DNA from: an uncultured Nitrospirota bacterium
Lineage (GTDB): Bacteria > CG2-30-53-67
Reading direction: 5' to 3'
Length of the DNA: 58,611 nucleotides
Assembly: GCA_945786985.1 (NCBI GenBank)
Contig: CALZGC010000003.1
Location: 1-58,611, forward strand
The notes beneath the pieces were generated by a model, which was given only the letters and a program-made list of their open reading frames with translations, searched no databases and was not told where the DNA came from. The translations under genes and the position numbers were made by a program. Of this stretch, positions 9,529 to 20,434 are shown in pieces (positions within the stretch are counted from its first letter, which is position 1; the number at the start of each line of letters is the position of its first letter).

Positions 9529-10695
9529 TCATGCGATGAGTTGCTTGACCGCCGTTCGCGCCTTGCGGTCCGTGCGCAGGACATCGTCCACCGTAGCATA
9601 GTCTGCGGGCTCAAAACCTTCCATGGTCTTCCCGATGAGTTCGGGAATCTCCAGGAAACCAATCTGCCCGTTGAGGAATGCCGCCACCGCCACTTCATTG
9701 GCGGCGTTCAGGACGGTCGGCAGAAGCCCCCCCTTGCGGATGGCCTCCCGGGCCAGGTTCAGACAGGGGAAATTGATGGCATCGGGCGGCGCGAAGCTGA
9801 GCGGTTCCTGCGCAAGCAGGTCGAGGGCCGGCAGATCGATGGCCAGGCGCTCGGGGTACGCCAGGGCATAGGCAATGGGAAGCCGCATGTCCGGCAACCC
9901 CATCTGCGCCAGCGTAGACCCATCCTCGAATTCCACCATGGAATGCACAATACTCTGCGAGTGTACCAGGACTTCAATTTGCTCGACGGGGATGTCAAAA
10001 AGCCACCGGGCTTCGATCACCTCCAGCCCCTTGTTCATGAGGGTCGCCGAATCAATGGTGATCTTCTTGCCCATATCCCACCGCGGGTGCCGCAGGGCTT
10101 CCGCCGCCGTCACCCCGGCCATCTCCTCCCGGGTCCTTCCGAAAAAGGGCCCCCCTGAGGCCGTGAGAATCAGCCGCCGGACGTGCCGCCGCTCTTCCCC
10201 GGCCAGACATTGGTAAATGGCACTGTGCTCACTGTCCACGGGGATGATCGCGGCGCCGGTCCGTCTCGCTTCTTCCATAACGAGGCGTCCCGCCATGACC
10301 AGCGTCTCCTTGTTGGCCAGGGCAACCCGTTTCCCCGCTTCCACGGCGGCCAGGGTGGGCACGAGGCCGGCAGCCCCCACGATGGCAGAGATCACGACAG
10401 ACGCCTCCGCCATGGTGGCCACCCCGATGAGCTCCTCGACACCGGCACCAATCCGCACATCCCTCGCCCCCCGAGAGGCCTGCAGACGCTGCGCATCCGC
10501 CGGATGGCCCACCGAAACCCGGCGGGGCTGAAAGCGGCGAATCTGCTCGGCCAGCAAATCGATGTTTCGGTACGCCGTCAGACCGACGAGTTCGAACCGC
10601 TCGGGAAACTGCGCGATCACCTTCAGGGCGTTGACACCCACGGAACCGGTTGACCCCAGAATCACCACACCTATTTTTTCAGGGGATCTTTTCAT
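9529..10695 (-). CDS. dxr: 1-deoxy-D-xylulose 5-phosphate reductoisomerase
   Basis: NADPH-binding site VVILGSTGSVGVNAL is present, with conserved PVDSEHSAI and NKGLEVIEA motifs. Confidence 0.95.
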   Translation of the reverse strand: MKRSPEKIGVVILGSTGSVGVNALKVIAQFPERFELVGLTAYRNIDLLAEQIRRFQPRRVSVGHPADAQRLQASRGARDVRIGAGVEELIGVATMAEASVVISAIVGAAGLVPTLAAVEAGKRVALANKETLVMAGRLVMEEARRTGAAIIPVDSEHSAIYQCLAGEERRHVRRLILTASGGPFFGRTREEMAGVTAAEALRHPRWDMGKKITIDSATLMNKGLEVIEARWLFDIPVEQIEVLVHSQSIVHSMVEFEDGSTLAQMGLPDMRLPIAYALAYPERLAIDLPALDLLAQEPLSFAPPDAINFPCLNLAREAIRKGGLLPTVLNAANEVAVAAFLNGQIGFLEIPELIGKTMEGFEPADYATVDDVLRTDRKARTAVKQLIA

Positions 10696-10740
10696 AGCCT
10701 ACACAACAACGGCAGCCTCAGATCTAAATTCCTTCACACC

Positions 10741-11550
10741 CTATGCGGGTTGCAGGTAGCCGAGCCAGACGGCATAGTAGAGAACCGGCGAGGCAAAGAG
10801 GATGCCGTCGAATCGATCGAGGACGCCGCCGTGGCCCGGGAAGAGAGTTCCCGAATCTTTTGCCCCCGACGCGCGTTTCAGAAGGGATTCTGCCAGATCA
10901 CCAACCTGCCCCGCCAGTCCCAGAACAAGCGCCAGAAGCGTGATCGAAAAAACAGCGACTTCCGGGAACAGAAAAAGACGGCAGAGCCATGCGGCCGCCA
11001 CGGTGCTGGCCAGCCCGCCCACGGCACCCTCGACGGTCTTGTTGGGGCTGATCTTTTCCAGGAGTTTGCGTTTCCCGAAGGCACGTCCCACGTAATAAGC
11101 CCCCGTATCGCCGGCCCAGATGCACAGAAAAAGAAAGAAGATCCACGCCTGGCCGCGGGCCTGGTCACGGATCAGCACGAGATAACCCAGAAAGAAACAG
11201 ACGTACATCAATCCCAGTAAAGTGATGCCCACCTCCTGAGCTGCGTGGGTCACGGCACGGCCGGAAAAAGTCCGAACGATGAGCGTTAGCAGCACCGCCA
11301 GTGCCAGCACGCGGACGATCAGGGTAAAGTCAGTATAGTAGAAACTCCGAATCAGCAGCGCCCCCATGAGCAGACCGAGGAATTTCTGCAGTCGGGTGTC
11401 GCCGCCCTCCATGAGATCGTAGAACTCTTTGAGCCCGACCAACGCAACCACCAGGACTGCCAGCGAAAAGACCGGGAGGGAGGCTTTGAAAACAAGCAGC
11501 AAGAAGAGCGGCAGGCCGACCAGCGCCGTTAGGACTCTCGTAGAGGGCAT
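10741..11550 (-). CDS. cdsA: Phosphatidate cytidylyltransferase
   Basis: Polytopic membrane protein with the CTP-transferase signature SLLKRASGAKDSGTLFPGHGGVLDRFD. It occupies the conserved uppS-cdsA-dxr position. Confidence 0.9.
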   Translation of the reverse strand: MPSTRVLTALVGLPLFLLLVFKASLPVFSLAVLVVALVGLKEFYDLMEGGDTRLQKFLGLLMGALLIRSFYYTDFTLIVRVLALAVLLTLIVRTFSGRAVTHAAQEVGITLLGLMYVCFFLGYLVLIRDQARGQAWIFFLFLCIWAGDTGAYYVGRAFGKRKLLEKISPNKTVEGAVGGLASTVAAAWLCRLFLFPEVAVFSITLLALVLGLAGQVGDLAESLLKRASGAKDSGTLFPGHGGVLDRFDGILFASPVLYYAVWLGYLQPA

Positions 11551-11557
11551 CGTCCAC

Positions 11558-12361
11558 TCACCTGGAAGGCTTGAGCTGTTTACCGGTCAGCCCGAATCGT
11601 CGCTCCCGCCCCTGAAAATCTACAATGGCTTCCAGAAACTCCCGGCGCTTGAAATCGGGCCAGAAAGTGGGCGTGAAATAAAGCTCCGTATAAGCGGACT
11701 GCCAGAGAAGGAAATTGCTGGTGCGGTGCTCCCCGCTGGTGCGAATGATCAGATCCGGATCGGGCACATCCGCCGTATACATCCGGGCGCTCAGGAGCGC
11801 TTCGTCGACCTGCTCCGGCCCGATTTTCCCGTCGGCCGCGTCCTGAACGAGGGAGCGAACCGCGTCAACTATTTCCGTTCGCCCGCCATAGCTCAGCGCC
11901 AGATTAAGCACGAGACCATCGTACGCCGCTGTCTCCTGCTCGGCCTTCCGGAGGAGTTTCCGGGTATTCAGTGGCAGGTCACCCGCGCGTCCGATCGTCC
12001 TGAAACGGATCCCGTGCTGATGCATGACGGGAAGCTTTTTGACGATGTACTCCCGCAGCAGAGACATGAGGGCCTGGATTTCCATCTTGGGGCGGCGCCA
12101 GTTCTCCATGGAAAAGGCATACAGGGTCAGTACACGAACCCCCACTTCCCGGGCAGAGGCCACCACCTCATCCACCGAGTGGACTCCCTCCCGGTGCCCC
12201 CGAATTCTGGGGAAGGCCCGCCGGTTCGCCCAGCGTCCGTTGCCGTCCATGATGACGCCCACATGCGCGGGGACCGCGGCGGGATCGATCCGGCGAAAGA
12301 GATCCGGATAGAGCGCCTCCGACTGATTGATCTCCTCTGCCACTGGAATATCTTTTTCCAT
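11558..12361 (-). CDS. uppS: Ditrans,polycis-undecaprenyl-diphosphate synthase
   Basis: Motifs HVGVIMDGNGRWA and IRTSGEHRTSNFLLWQSAYTELYF are present. Confidence 0.95.
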   Translation of the reverse strand: MEKDIPVAEEINQSEALYPDLFRRIDPAAVPAHVGVIMDGNGRWANRRAFPRIRGHREGVHSVDEVVASAREVGVRVLTLYAFSMENWRRPKMEIQALMSLLREYIVKKLPVMHQHGIRFRTIGRAGDLPLNTRKLLRKAEQETAAYDGLVLNLALSYGGRTEIVDAVRSLVQDAADGKIGPEQVDEALLSARMYTADVPDPDLIIRTSGEHRTSNFLLWQSAYTELYFTPTFWPDFKRREFLEAIVDFQGRERRFGLTGKQLKPSR

Positions 12362-12394
12362 GGGTCCTTTCTAAACAACCGCGTGCGGCGCGTC

Positions 12395-13743
<1,349 letters not shown>

Positions 13744-13911
13744 TCAAAGGCAGCGGCGAAGACCTGCTTGTCAGGCAGGCATCCGGGCCCCGCCGGGGTC
13801 CCCAACGTCCTGCCGGGCCGGTCGCGCGACCAAGTGGGCCGTAGCCAGCGCGGCCGGTCCCCCCTCATCCCTGCCATCGCATCACGGCAGGGGCTGCAAG
13901 CAGCTTGCGGC

Positions 13912-14571
13912 TCAAGAGCCCGCCTTTAGCTGGGCCTGGATTTCTTCCGCGAAGTTCTCGGCTTTCTTCTCAATCCCCTCGCCAAGTTCATACCGCGTGA
14001 ACCGGCGGATCATGATGTTTTCTCCGATGGTGGCGATGCCGCGCGTGACCACCTCTGCAATGGACAGATCCGTATCCTTGACGAAAACCTGTTCCAGCAG
14101 GCAGATCTCGCCGAAGAACTTCTCCATACGCCCTTCCACAATCTTGTCGACCACTTTCTCCGGCTTGCCCGATTCCAGGGCCTGCGAACGGTGAACCTCC
14201 CGCTCTCTCTCAACCAGGTCGGCTGGGACCTCCTCCCGACTGAGATATTGGGGACGGGCCGCAGCGATATGCATGGCAATGTCCTTGACCATGTTTTGAA
14301 AATCCTCGTTGCGAGCCACGAAGTCCGTCTCACAGTTCACTTCAACCAGAACACCGATCTTTCCGCCGGCGTGGATATAGGACGAAACCATCCCCTCCGC
14401 AGCCACGCGGCCGGCTTTCTTGGAAGCGGCCGAAAGCCCTTTCTTTCTCAGATAGTCGATGGCGGCCTCCAGGTCTCCCTGCGTCTCACCGAGGGCCTTC
14501 TTGCAATCCATGATCCCGGCTCCGGTTCGCCCGCGCAGCTCCTTGACCAGGTCCGCTGAAATCGTACCCAT
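13912..14571 (-). CDS. tsf: Translation elongation factor Ts (short form)
   Basis: N-terminal UBA-like LVKELRGRTGAGIMDCKKAL is present, and GGAGG lies upstream. The gene sits in the conserved rpsB-tsf-pyrH-frr order. Confidence 0.95.
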   Translation of the reverse strand: MGTISADLVKELRGRTGAGIMDCKKALGETQGDLEAAIDYLRKKGLSAASKKAGRVAAEGMVSSYIHAGGKIGVLVEVNCETDFVARNEDFQNMVKDIAMHIAAARPQYLSREEVPADLVEREREVHRSQALESGKPEKVVDKIVEGRMEKFFGEICLLEQVFVKDTDLSIAEVVTRGIATIGENIMIRRFTRYELGEGIEKKAENFAEEIQAQLKAGS

Positions 14572-14635
14572 GCTTTGCCTCCTTGATTACATCACACGCT
14601 GTTCACCGATTATTATTGTTGACCCCGCAGTCTGC

Positions 14636-15433
14636 CTACTCCTGAACGGGGATGGAGGGTGTTTCGCTCTGTTTTTGAGCCTCAACGGCCTGCGCCGTTC
14701 CGGCGTCTTCCCCCGCAGCCTGGAGCATCTCCGCCTCCACCTCCGGCATCACCTTCTCCTTCGCTTCCAGGACCGCACTGGCAATCTTGGCAGTCAGGAG
14801 GCGCACCGACCGGATGGCGTCGTCATTGCCGGGGATGACATAATCGATTTCATCGGGGTCGCAGTTGCTGTCCACGATGGCGACAATGGGGATCCCCATG
14901 ATGCGGGCCTCATGCACGGCAATCCGCTCCTTCTTCGGATCCACCACAAAGAGCGCCTTGGGAAGCCCGTTCATGTCCTTGATCCCACCGAGGTATTTCT
15001 CCAGTTTCAAACGCTCCTTTTCGAACCGCAATACCTCTTTCTTGTGGAAGCTCTCATAACTGCCGTCTTCCTTCATCTTCTCAAATTTCTTCAGCTTGGC
15101 GATGCTGTTCTTGATCGTGTTGTAGTTGGTCAGGGTGCCGCCGAGCCAGCGCTGATTGATGTAGAACATGCCGCAGCGCTTGGCCTCTTCCTCGATCGTC
15201 TCCTGGGCCTGCTTCTTGGTGCCCACGAAAAGAATGGCGCCCCCGCCGGTAACCATGGACTTCACAATATTGTGAATTTCCTTGATGTTCCGCAGGGTCT
15301 TCTGCAGGTCCAGGATGTAGATCCCGTTACGATCGCCGAAGATGTACTTCTTCATCTTCGGGTTCCACCGGTTGGTCTGGTGACCGAAATGGACCCCGGC
15401 CTCCAGCAACTCCTTCATGGTGACGATTGGCAT
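14636..15433 (-). CDS. rpsB: 30S ribosomal protein S2
   Basis: ORF 14636-15583 trimmed to the ATG at 15433, with GGGAGGA 7-8 nt upstream. The N-terminus [27 protein letters not shown] is canonical S2. Confidence 0.95.
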   Translation of the reverse strand: MPIVTMKELLEAGVHFGHQTNRWNPKMKKYIFGDRNGIYILDLQKTLRNIKEIHNIVKSMVTGGGAILFVGTKKQAQETIEEEAKRCGMFYINQRWLGGTLTNYNTIKNSIAKLKKFEKMKEDGSYESFHKKEVLRFEKERLKLEKYLGGIKDMNGLPKALFVVDPKKERIAVHEARIMGIPIVAIVDSNCDPDEIDYVIPGNDDAIRSVRLLTAKIASAVLEAKEKVMPEVEAEMLQAAGEDAGTAQAVEAQKQSETPSIPVQE

Positions 15434-15620
15434 CTGTACTTCCTCCCAAAGGTTTGTTTGGCTCCTCCGCGTCCGTCTTTTCCCGGCGGGAACGCCCGAA
15501 AGGCGCACCTCCCGTGGGATCGGGATGCGTGTGTGATATCCGGCGCCGCAATGCGCCGGGCGTTCCGGACGGGAAGCACCCATGGACGGGCGTCTCCCTG
15601 AGGCTCACCTCATTGATTCA
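15434..15620 (-). promoter_or_regulatory. Long GC-rich 5' leader of rpsB (candidate autoregulatory leader)
   Basis: About 170-190 nt of GC-rich, self-complementary sequence (for example GGAACGCCCGGCGCATTGCGGCGCCGG and GGGAGGTGCGCCTTTCGGGCGTTCCCGCCGGG on the minus strand) lie between the AT-rich promoter zone (15600-15700) and the rpsB SD. The function is inferred only. Confidence 0.25.
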
Positions 15621-15865
15621 AATAGAAAAAGGTAGCACAACGCTATTTTCAATGCAACAAAAAACCGGATCCTCTGCACCGCACGACCCCTCCAGGCCGC
15701 GGCGTTTCGGTGCAATGTCACCAGGCATTCATCCGCTCGGGCCTCTGCGGCTTGGCGTGACAGAACGCCCCCCAACGACCCGCAGCGGAATCGCCCACTG
15801 TTCAGAAACGCAGGCGGCCCCCCTCCCGCGAAATCGAGGCTTCACCGCAGAGCGCTATATTTTTA

Positions 15866-15894
15866 TTGACAATGTTTTGTCTTTTTGATACTTT
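15866..15894 (+). promoter_or_regulatory. Candidate extended -10 sigma70 promoter for the TPR-L,D-transpeptidase gene
   Basis: TTGACA (15866-15871), 17-nt spacer ending in TGA, TACTTT (15889-15894), about 125 nt upstream of ATG 16021. Pattern match only. Confidence 0.4.
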
Positions 15895-16020
15895 AAATAA
15901 CGTATTGATTTCATTTAACAAATGTCTGTATTGACGGTCGACTGAACCCTCGGTCTTCCCAATCCTTTGGAGAAGAATCAAGTCCAAACCCAGAACATGA
16001 ATATTTAGGTGAGGAGAGAA

Positions 16021-18048
16021 ATGAAGACAAGAGCCCGCAGGGTCACCACTTTCTCTTTGGTCTTTCTGATGGCCATGGCATTCCTGATGCCATCCCGGCT
16101 GGACTCCCAGACCCGCAAGGATGGCGCCACTGTCTCCTACGAGCAGGGCAAGCGTCTGCAGGAAATGGGGAAATATGATGAGGCCATCGACCTCTTCACA
16201 AAAGCCACCAAAGAGCGAAGAAATTACGCAGACGCCTATTTTGCCATGGGGGTCAGTTACTACAAACTCGGCCAGGCTGACCGGGCCATTGAATCGTTCA
16301 ATGAGGTGCTCCGGATCAACCCTGCGTCGGCCGAAACACACAACAATCTGGCGGTCATCTATGCACAACGGGGGGATTACGAGAGCGCAACCGCGCAGTT
16401 GCAGGAAACGCTTCGCCTCAATCCCGACTACCAGCAGGGCCACCTGAACCTGGCCGATCTCTATCTGGCCCAATCGATTCAAGAGTACATCAAGGTCATC
16501 CGGGCAGGCAAAAACAACCGGAGCGAAGCGCGGGTGCGGGGCAAAGTGCGCCGCCTGCTGCAGTCCGATCCGCAGGATCCCGACTTTCAATACCATCTCG
16601 GCATCCTGAACAGAGTGGAGGGGAACACCAACCAGGCCATCAAGAACCTGAACAACGCCGCCTCCCTCGACCCGTCCTTCACCGCCCGTGCCCGCCTCGA
16701 ACTGGGCGAGCTATACGAAGAAGTGGGGAAACTAGACAACGCCTTTGCCGAGTACAGCGCACTGGCCAAGACGGACCCGGCGCATTTCGAGGCCGTCTAT
16801 GCCGCAGGCATGGTGAAGAACGCCTTGAATGACTACGAGAGTGCAGAGACCTATTTGAAGCGGGCCCGGGAAATCCGTCCATCGGCGGCGGTGGACTATG
16901 AACTCGGAAAGACCCAGAAACAGCTGGGTCGTCTGGATGCGGCCGCTGAATCCTACCGGAGATCCCTGGAGCAGCAGCCCAAACCGAATGTGCGTTTCGC
17001 CCTCGCCGAAATCTACAAGGAACAAAAAGCCTATACGAAAGCGCTGAAGGAGTTTGAAGCCATTTTGGACACGCATCCCGACCAGGACCGCATCGAGCGT
17101 GAAATTCGGGACATTACGCGAATGCGCCTCGATGATACCAAACCCCCTGCAGTGCAGCCGGTGGCGACCACTTCGCGCCAGGACGCCCCACAAGATGCCA
17201 TCATAAAGGACAGCGTCGATCTGCTGCCCGCACCCCTGGCCGCCCTGGAACGGGAGGGCGACTATGCCCTGTTGGTGGACAAATCCAAACAAACCCTCCT
17301 GCTCTACCAGAATCAGAGCGGGTGGGTGTCGCACGTGTCCACTTTTGCCGCCTCGACCGGAAAGAACAGCGGTGAAAAGATCCGTATGGGCGACAAGAAA
17401 ACTCCGGAAGGGATCTACCAGTTCACCGAGGTGAAAACCGAGGCCGAACTGCAGCCGGAATACGGGGAAATGGCCTTTCCCATGGATTACCCCAACCTCT
17501 TCGATGTGCGGAAAGGCAAGAACGGAAACGGCATCTGGCTCCACAGCACCAATGAGCCGCTGCGGGCCTTTCTGCCGAACAAGACGCGGGGCTGCGTGGT
17601 GGTCAGCAACGAAGATATCCAGAAGCTTGCCCAAAAGATCAAGCTGTTCGAAACCCCCATCGTGGTGCATGAGAAGATTTCCTATGTGGAGCGCTCGGAA
17701 CAGGAGCAACTCCGGCGGGAGGTGCTCCATCTGCTTGAAGGTTGGGAGCAAAGCTGGGAAACCAAGGATGTCAGTCGGTTCATCGGGTTCTACGCGTCCA
17801 CCTTCACCAGCGGCAAAATGGACCTGCAGGCCTGGCGCAAATACAAACGGAACATATTCAAACGCACGAAGGAAATCGACGTGGACCTCACCCCTTACAA
17901 CATCCTGCAACACGACCATTACGTGATTGTCTCGTTCCTTCAGGAGTACCATGCCGATCGATACTCGGACATCGGCATCAAGCGCTTGTTTTTGATACGT
18001 GAAAACAATCAGTGGAAAATCCTCGGTGAAGAATGGCGAACGGCCTAG
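16021..18048 (+). CDS. Exported multi-TPR protein with an L,D-transpeptidase (YkuD) catalytic domain and a C-terminal NTF2/SnoaL-like domain
   Basis: ORF 16009-18048 (GTG) trimmed to ATG 16021, with GGTGAGGAG upstream. The N-terminal half holds many TPR units (AYFAMGVSYYKLGQADRAIESFNEVLRINP and others). The YkuD signature is GIWLHSTNEPLRAFLPNKTRGCVVV (His ... Cys). The tail LLEGWEQSWETKDVSRFIGFYASTF resembles DUF4440/SnoaL. Confidence 0.85.
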   Translation: MKTRARRVTTFSLVFLMAMAFLMPSRLDSQTRKDGATVSYEQGKRLQEMGKYDEAIDLFTKATKERRNYADAYFAMGVSYYKLGQADRAIESFNEVLRINPASAETHNNLAVIYAQRGDYESATAQLQETLRLNPDYQQGHLNLADLYLAQSIQEYIKVIRAGKNNRSEARVRGKVRRLLQSDPQDPDFQYHLGILNRVEGNTNQAIKNLNNAASLDPSFTARARLELGELYEEVGKLDNAFAEYSALAKTDPAHFEAVYAAGMVKNALNDYESAETYLKRAREIRPSAAVDYELGKTQKQLGRLDAAAESYRRSLEQQPKPNVRFALAEIYKEQKAYTKALKEFEAILDTHPDQDRIEREIRDITRMRLDDTKPPAVQPVATTSRQDAPQDAIIKDSVDLLPAPLAALEREGDYALLVDKSKQTLLLYQNQSGWVSHVSTFAASTGKNSGEKIRMGDKKTPEGIYQFTEVKTEAELQPEYGEMAFPMDYPNLFDVRKGKNGNGIWLHSTNEPLRAFLPNKTRGCVVVSNEDIQKLAQKIKLFETPIVVHEKISYVERSEQEQLRREVLHLLEGWEQSWETKDVSRFIGFYASTFTSGKMDLQAWRKYKRNIFKRTKEIDVDLTPYNILQHDHYVIVSFLQEYHADRYSDIGIKRLFLIRENNQWKILGEEWRTA

Positions 18049-18074
18049 ATCACCCCGAGAAAGAGGTCTCCATT

Positions 18075-19574
18075 ATGCATGCAACACGGCAACGTCTGGT
18101 ACAGGTTTTCGTCCTGCTGGCCCTCCTCGTGACGCCCTGGGCGGTCCAGGCAAAGAGCGAACACCAGATATACTTCAAAGGGACGGATTACGAACTTCAT
18201 GTCTTTGAGATCATCGGCGACTACCCCGGAAATACCCTCCTGATCATCGGCGGGATGCACAACGAACCGGGCGGCTATCTTTCAGCCGATCTCTATGCCG
18301 ATCTCTCCCTGCGCCAGGGACGGCTCATTGTGGTCCCCCGGGCCAACTTCCCGGCCATCGTCTCCAACGACCGCAAGGTCCACTCCGACATGAACCGCAA
18401 GTTCGTCAACGGCAACGGGAATAAACATCAGAACCACAAAAAAGAGGAGTATGAAGAGGCCGTGGTAGCTATACTGATGGAACTCATGGCCAGAAGCGAC
18501 GCGCTGCTGAACCTGCACGACGGTTCCGGTTTTTTCCGCCCCAAATACATCGACAAATGGAGAAACCCCCTGCGGTGGGGGCAGTCCATCATCTCCGACA
18601 CCGACCTCCACGTGACCAAGGATGGGCGCACCCTTAATATGAAGGACCGGATCGATCGGGTCATCGGCACGGTCAATCTGCAGATTGAAGACCAGGAGCA
18701 TCACTTCTTTCACAACAATACGCGGACCTTTGAAGACGATTCGCCCCACAAGGAACAACGGGGGTCCGCCACCTACTATGCCCTGACGGAATACGGGATT
18801 GAGTCCTACGGTGTGGAAACATCCAAGAGCATCAAATCACTTGACCTCAAGGTCGAGTACCAGTCGATGATTATCAACGCCTTCATGAGTGAATACAACA
18901 TCGTTCCGAAGAACCCCAAGGTGTCCATTAAAGACCCCCATCTGGAGTATCTACTCGTCTCCGTCAACGGGTCTTTCCCTTACGGCATCCCCGACAGCAA
19001 GACCCTCTACGTCAATCCCGGGGACAGCATCCGCATAGAGCACATCGCCGCCAATTACGAGCGGGGACTGCTGGCCGACATCAAGGGGGTCGGCAGCCTG
19101 AACGACATGAACAAGGAGTTCGTCGTCAGCCGACCGTCCACCATCCTGGTCAAGAAAGATAAGTTTGAGGCGGGCAAGATCTTTGTCGACATCAACAAAT
19201 CGGACAAGCCACTTTCCGTTCAGGCGGCCCGGCAAGAATCGGGGATGAAGTTCCTGATTCTCGTCAACAACGAAGAGAGGACCATCCCTAGCGGCAACAC
19301 ACTGGAGATCACACCTTCCGACATTATAACCGTACAGGATGTGTTCCCCGTGCACGGGGACGCAAGCGACTTGCGGGTCAACTTCGTAGGATTCGTGGGG
19401 AACAAAGCGTACAATGACGCGGAAGACCGCGGCTACCGTATCCGATCGTCCAAACTGTGGAAGCGCCACTCCCTCGACAAGAAAGGCGGCATCTACCGGG
19501 TCGAAGCGAGACTGCGGGAAAGATCTGTGGGCGAGATGTTCGTGCGCATTGTTCAGCCGACCCTGAACCCCTGA
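18075..19574 (+). CDS. Exported M14-like zinc carboxypeptidase/deacylase (Csd4/Pgp1- or AstE/AspA-like) with two C-terminal beta-sandwich-like repeats
   Basis: ORF 18033-19574 trimmed to ATG 18075, giving the signal peptide MHATRQRLVQVFVLLALLVTPWAVQA. Motifs TLLIIGGMHNEPGG, PRANFPAIVSNDRKVHSDMNRKF and ALLNLHDGSGF match the zinc- and substrate-binding motifs of this fold. Confidence 0.7.
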   Translation: MHATRQRLVQVFVLLALLVTPWAVQAKSEHQIYFKGTDYELHVFEIIGDYPGNTLLIIGGMHNEPGGYLSADLYADLSLRQGRLIVVPRANFPAIVSNDRKVHSDMNRKFVNGNGNKHQNHKKEEYEEAVVAILMELMARSDALLNLHDGSGFFRPKYIDKWRNPLRWGQSIISDTDLHVTKDGRTLNMKDRIDRVIGTVNLQIEDQEHHFFHNNTRTFEDDSPHKEQRGSATYYALTEYGIESYGVETSKSIKSLDLKVEYQSMIINAFMSEYNIVPKNPKVSIKDPHLEYLLVSVNGSFPYGIPDSKTLYVNPGDSIRIEHIAANYERGLLADIKGVGSLNDMNKEFVVSRPSTILVKKDKFEAGKIFVDINKSDKPLSVQAARQESGMKFLILVNNEERTIPSGNTLEITPSDIITVQDVFPVHGDASDLRVNFVGFVGNKAYNDAEDRGYRIRSSKLWKRHSLDKKGGIYRVEARLRERSVGEMFVRIVQPTLNP

Positions 19575-19683
19575 GGTCACACCCTCCGGCGACCGACCCT
19601 GCCTGCATAGGCCCCTCAGGTCGATCGGGCCGGCAACACCCCCTCCGGTGACTCCGGCCGATGGGGAACACGGGCGGCAGCCT

Positions 19684-20286
19684 TCAGCGCTGACGCCATC
19701 CGCCGCCGGGGTCCTGTATCCACCATCCGGCCCTCGCGTTTTTCATCCAGCTCCGGGCAAAGATTGTCTGAATATCGGAGACCCGGTCCGGTCCGAAATT
19801 GTTCGCCTTGGCAATTTCACGGTACAGGGACTCCCGATCCCGGTTCTCCGCCTGCACCAACCGGGTCAGGCCGGCCTGCTCCTTGAGGCTTAACCCATCG
19901 GTGCTCCGAGCGACCAGCAGACCGTCCCTGCCAATCCCGGCGTTTCCCCGATCCATGTAAGGTTTGATGGCATCTGACCGCTGCCGGATAGAGTCCTTCA
20001 GCGCGCGAATGGCTGGGGTCGTGACATTGATGTCCGCCTCCTGCGCATAGGCGACGCTCGGCCCCAGACGAAATCCCGCGAAGCGAAGCGGAGCCTTCCG
20101 GTGGCTCTGCTTCTCTCCATCCGCTTTAGCCGGCGGGGCCCCCTTCTCCCCCCAGGTCTCTTCAACGATCTTGTCGGCCGCCTTCTCGACAGCCGCGGCC
20201 GGGAAGTAGATGTTGATGGTGACACAGGCAATCACCAACACAAACCAGGCCGGAAGAAAGCGCATCGGCCGTAGACGTTTTCTCAT
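19684..20286 (-). CDS. Lipoprotein combining a YnbE-like N-terminal segment with a C-terminal YdbL (DUF1318) domain
   Basis: GGAGG lies upstream of the ATG at 20286. Lipobox VIAC is followed by CVTINIYFPAAAVEKAADKIVEE. The C-terminus GIGRDGLLV...LVQAENRDRESLYREIAKANN...GWWIQDPGGGW is a typical DUF1318 domain. Confidence 0.8.
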   Translation of the reverse strand: MRKRLRPMRFLPAWFVLVIACVTINIYFPAAAVEKAADKIVEETWGEKGAPPAKADGEKQSHRKAPLRFAGFRLGPSVAYAQEADINVTTPAIRALKDSIRQRSDAIKPYMDRGNAGIGRDGLLVARSTDGLSLKEQAGLTRLVQAENRDRESLYREIAKANNFGPDRVSDIQTIFARSWMKNARAGWWIQDPGGGWRQR

Positions 20287-20434
20287 GGGTCATCCTCCAT
20301 TGGACGTTCGTGGCAATCCAGCCTCTCTATTGCATACACCGTTTCAGCAAAAAGTTCAACTCTTCACGGCACGCGCGTCCCCGGGCAGACCGGAAGCCCC
20401 CCGTTTCCCTCATAGGACGCCCCCCGGTGGGCAA

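Noticed and set aside
14636-15583. N-terminal extensions of longest ORFs (rpsB here; also pyrH, mlaD, V-ATPase A, hypE, rtcA, Sir2, the GTPase, both cytochromes c3 and others)
   Set aside because: Homolog N-termini and SD sequences support the internal starts. The extensions are Arg/Pro-rich and often overlap upstream genes.
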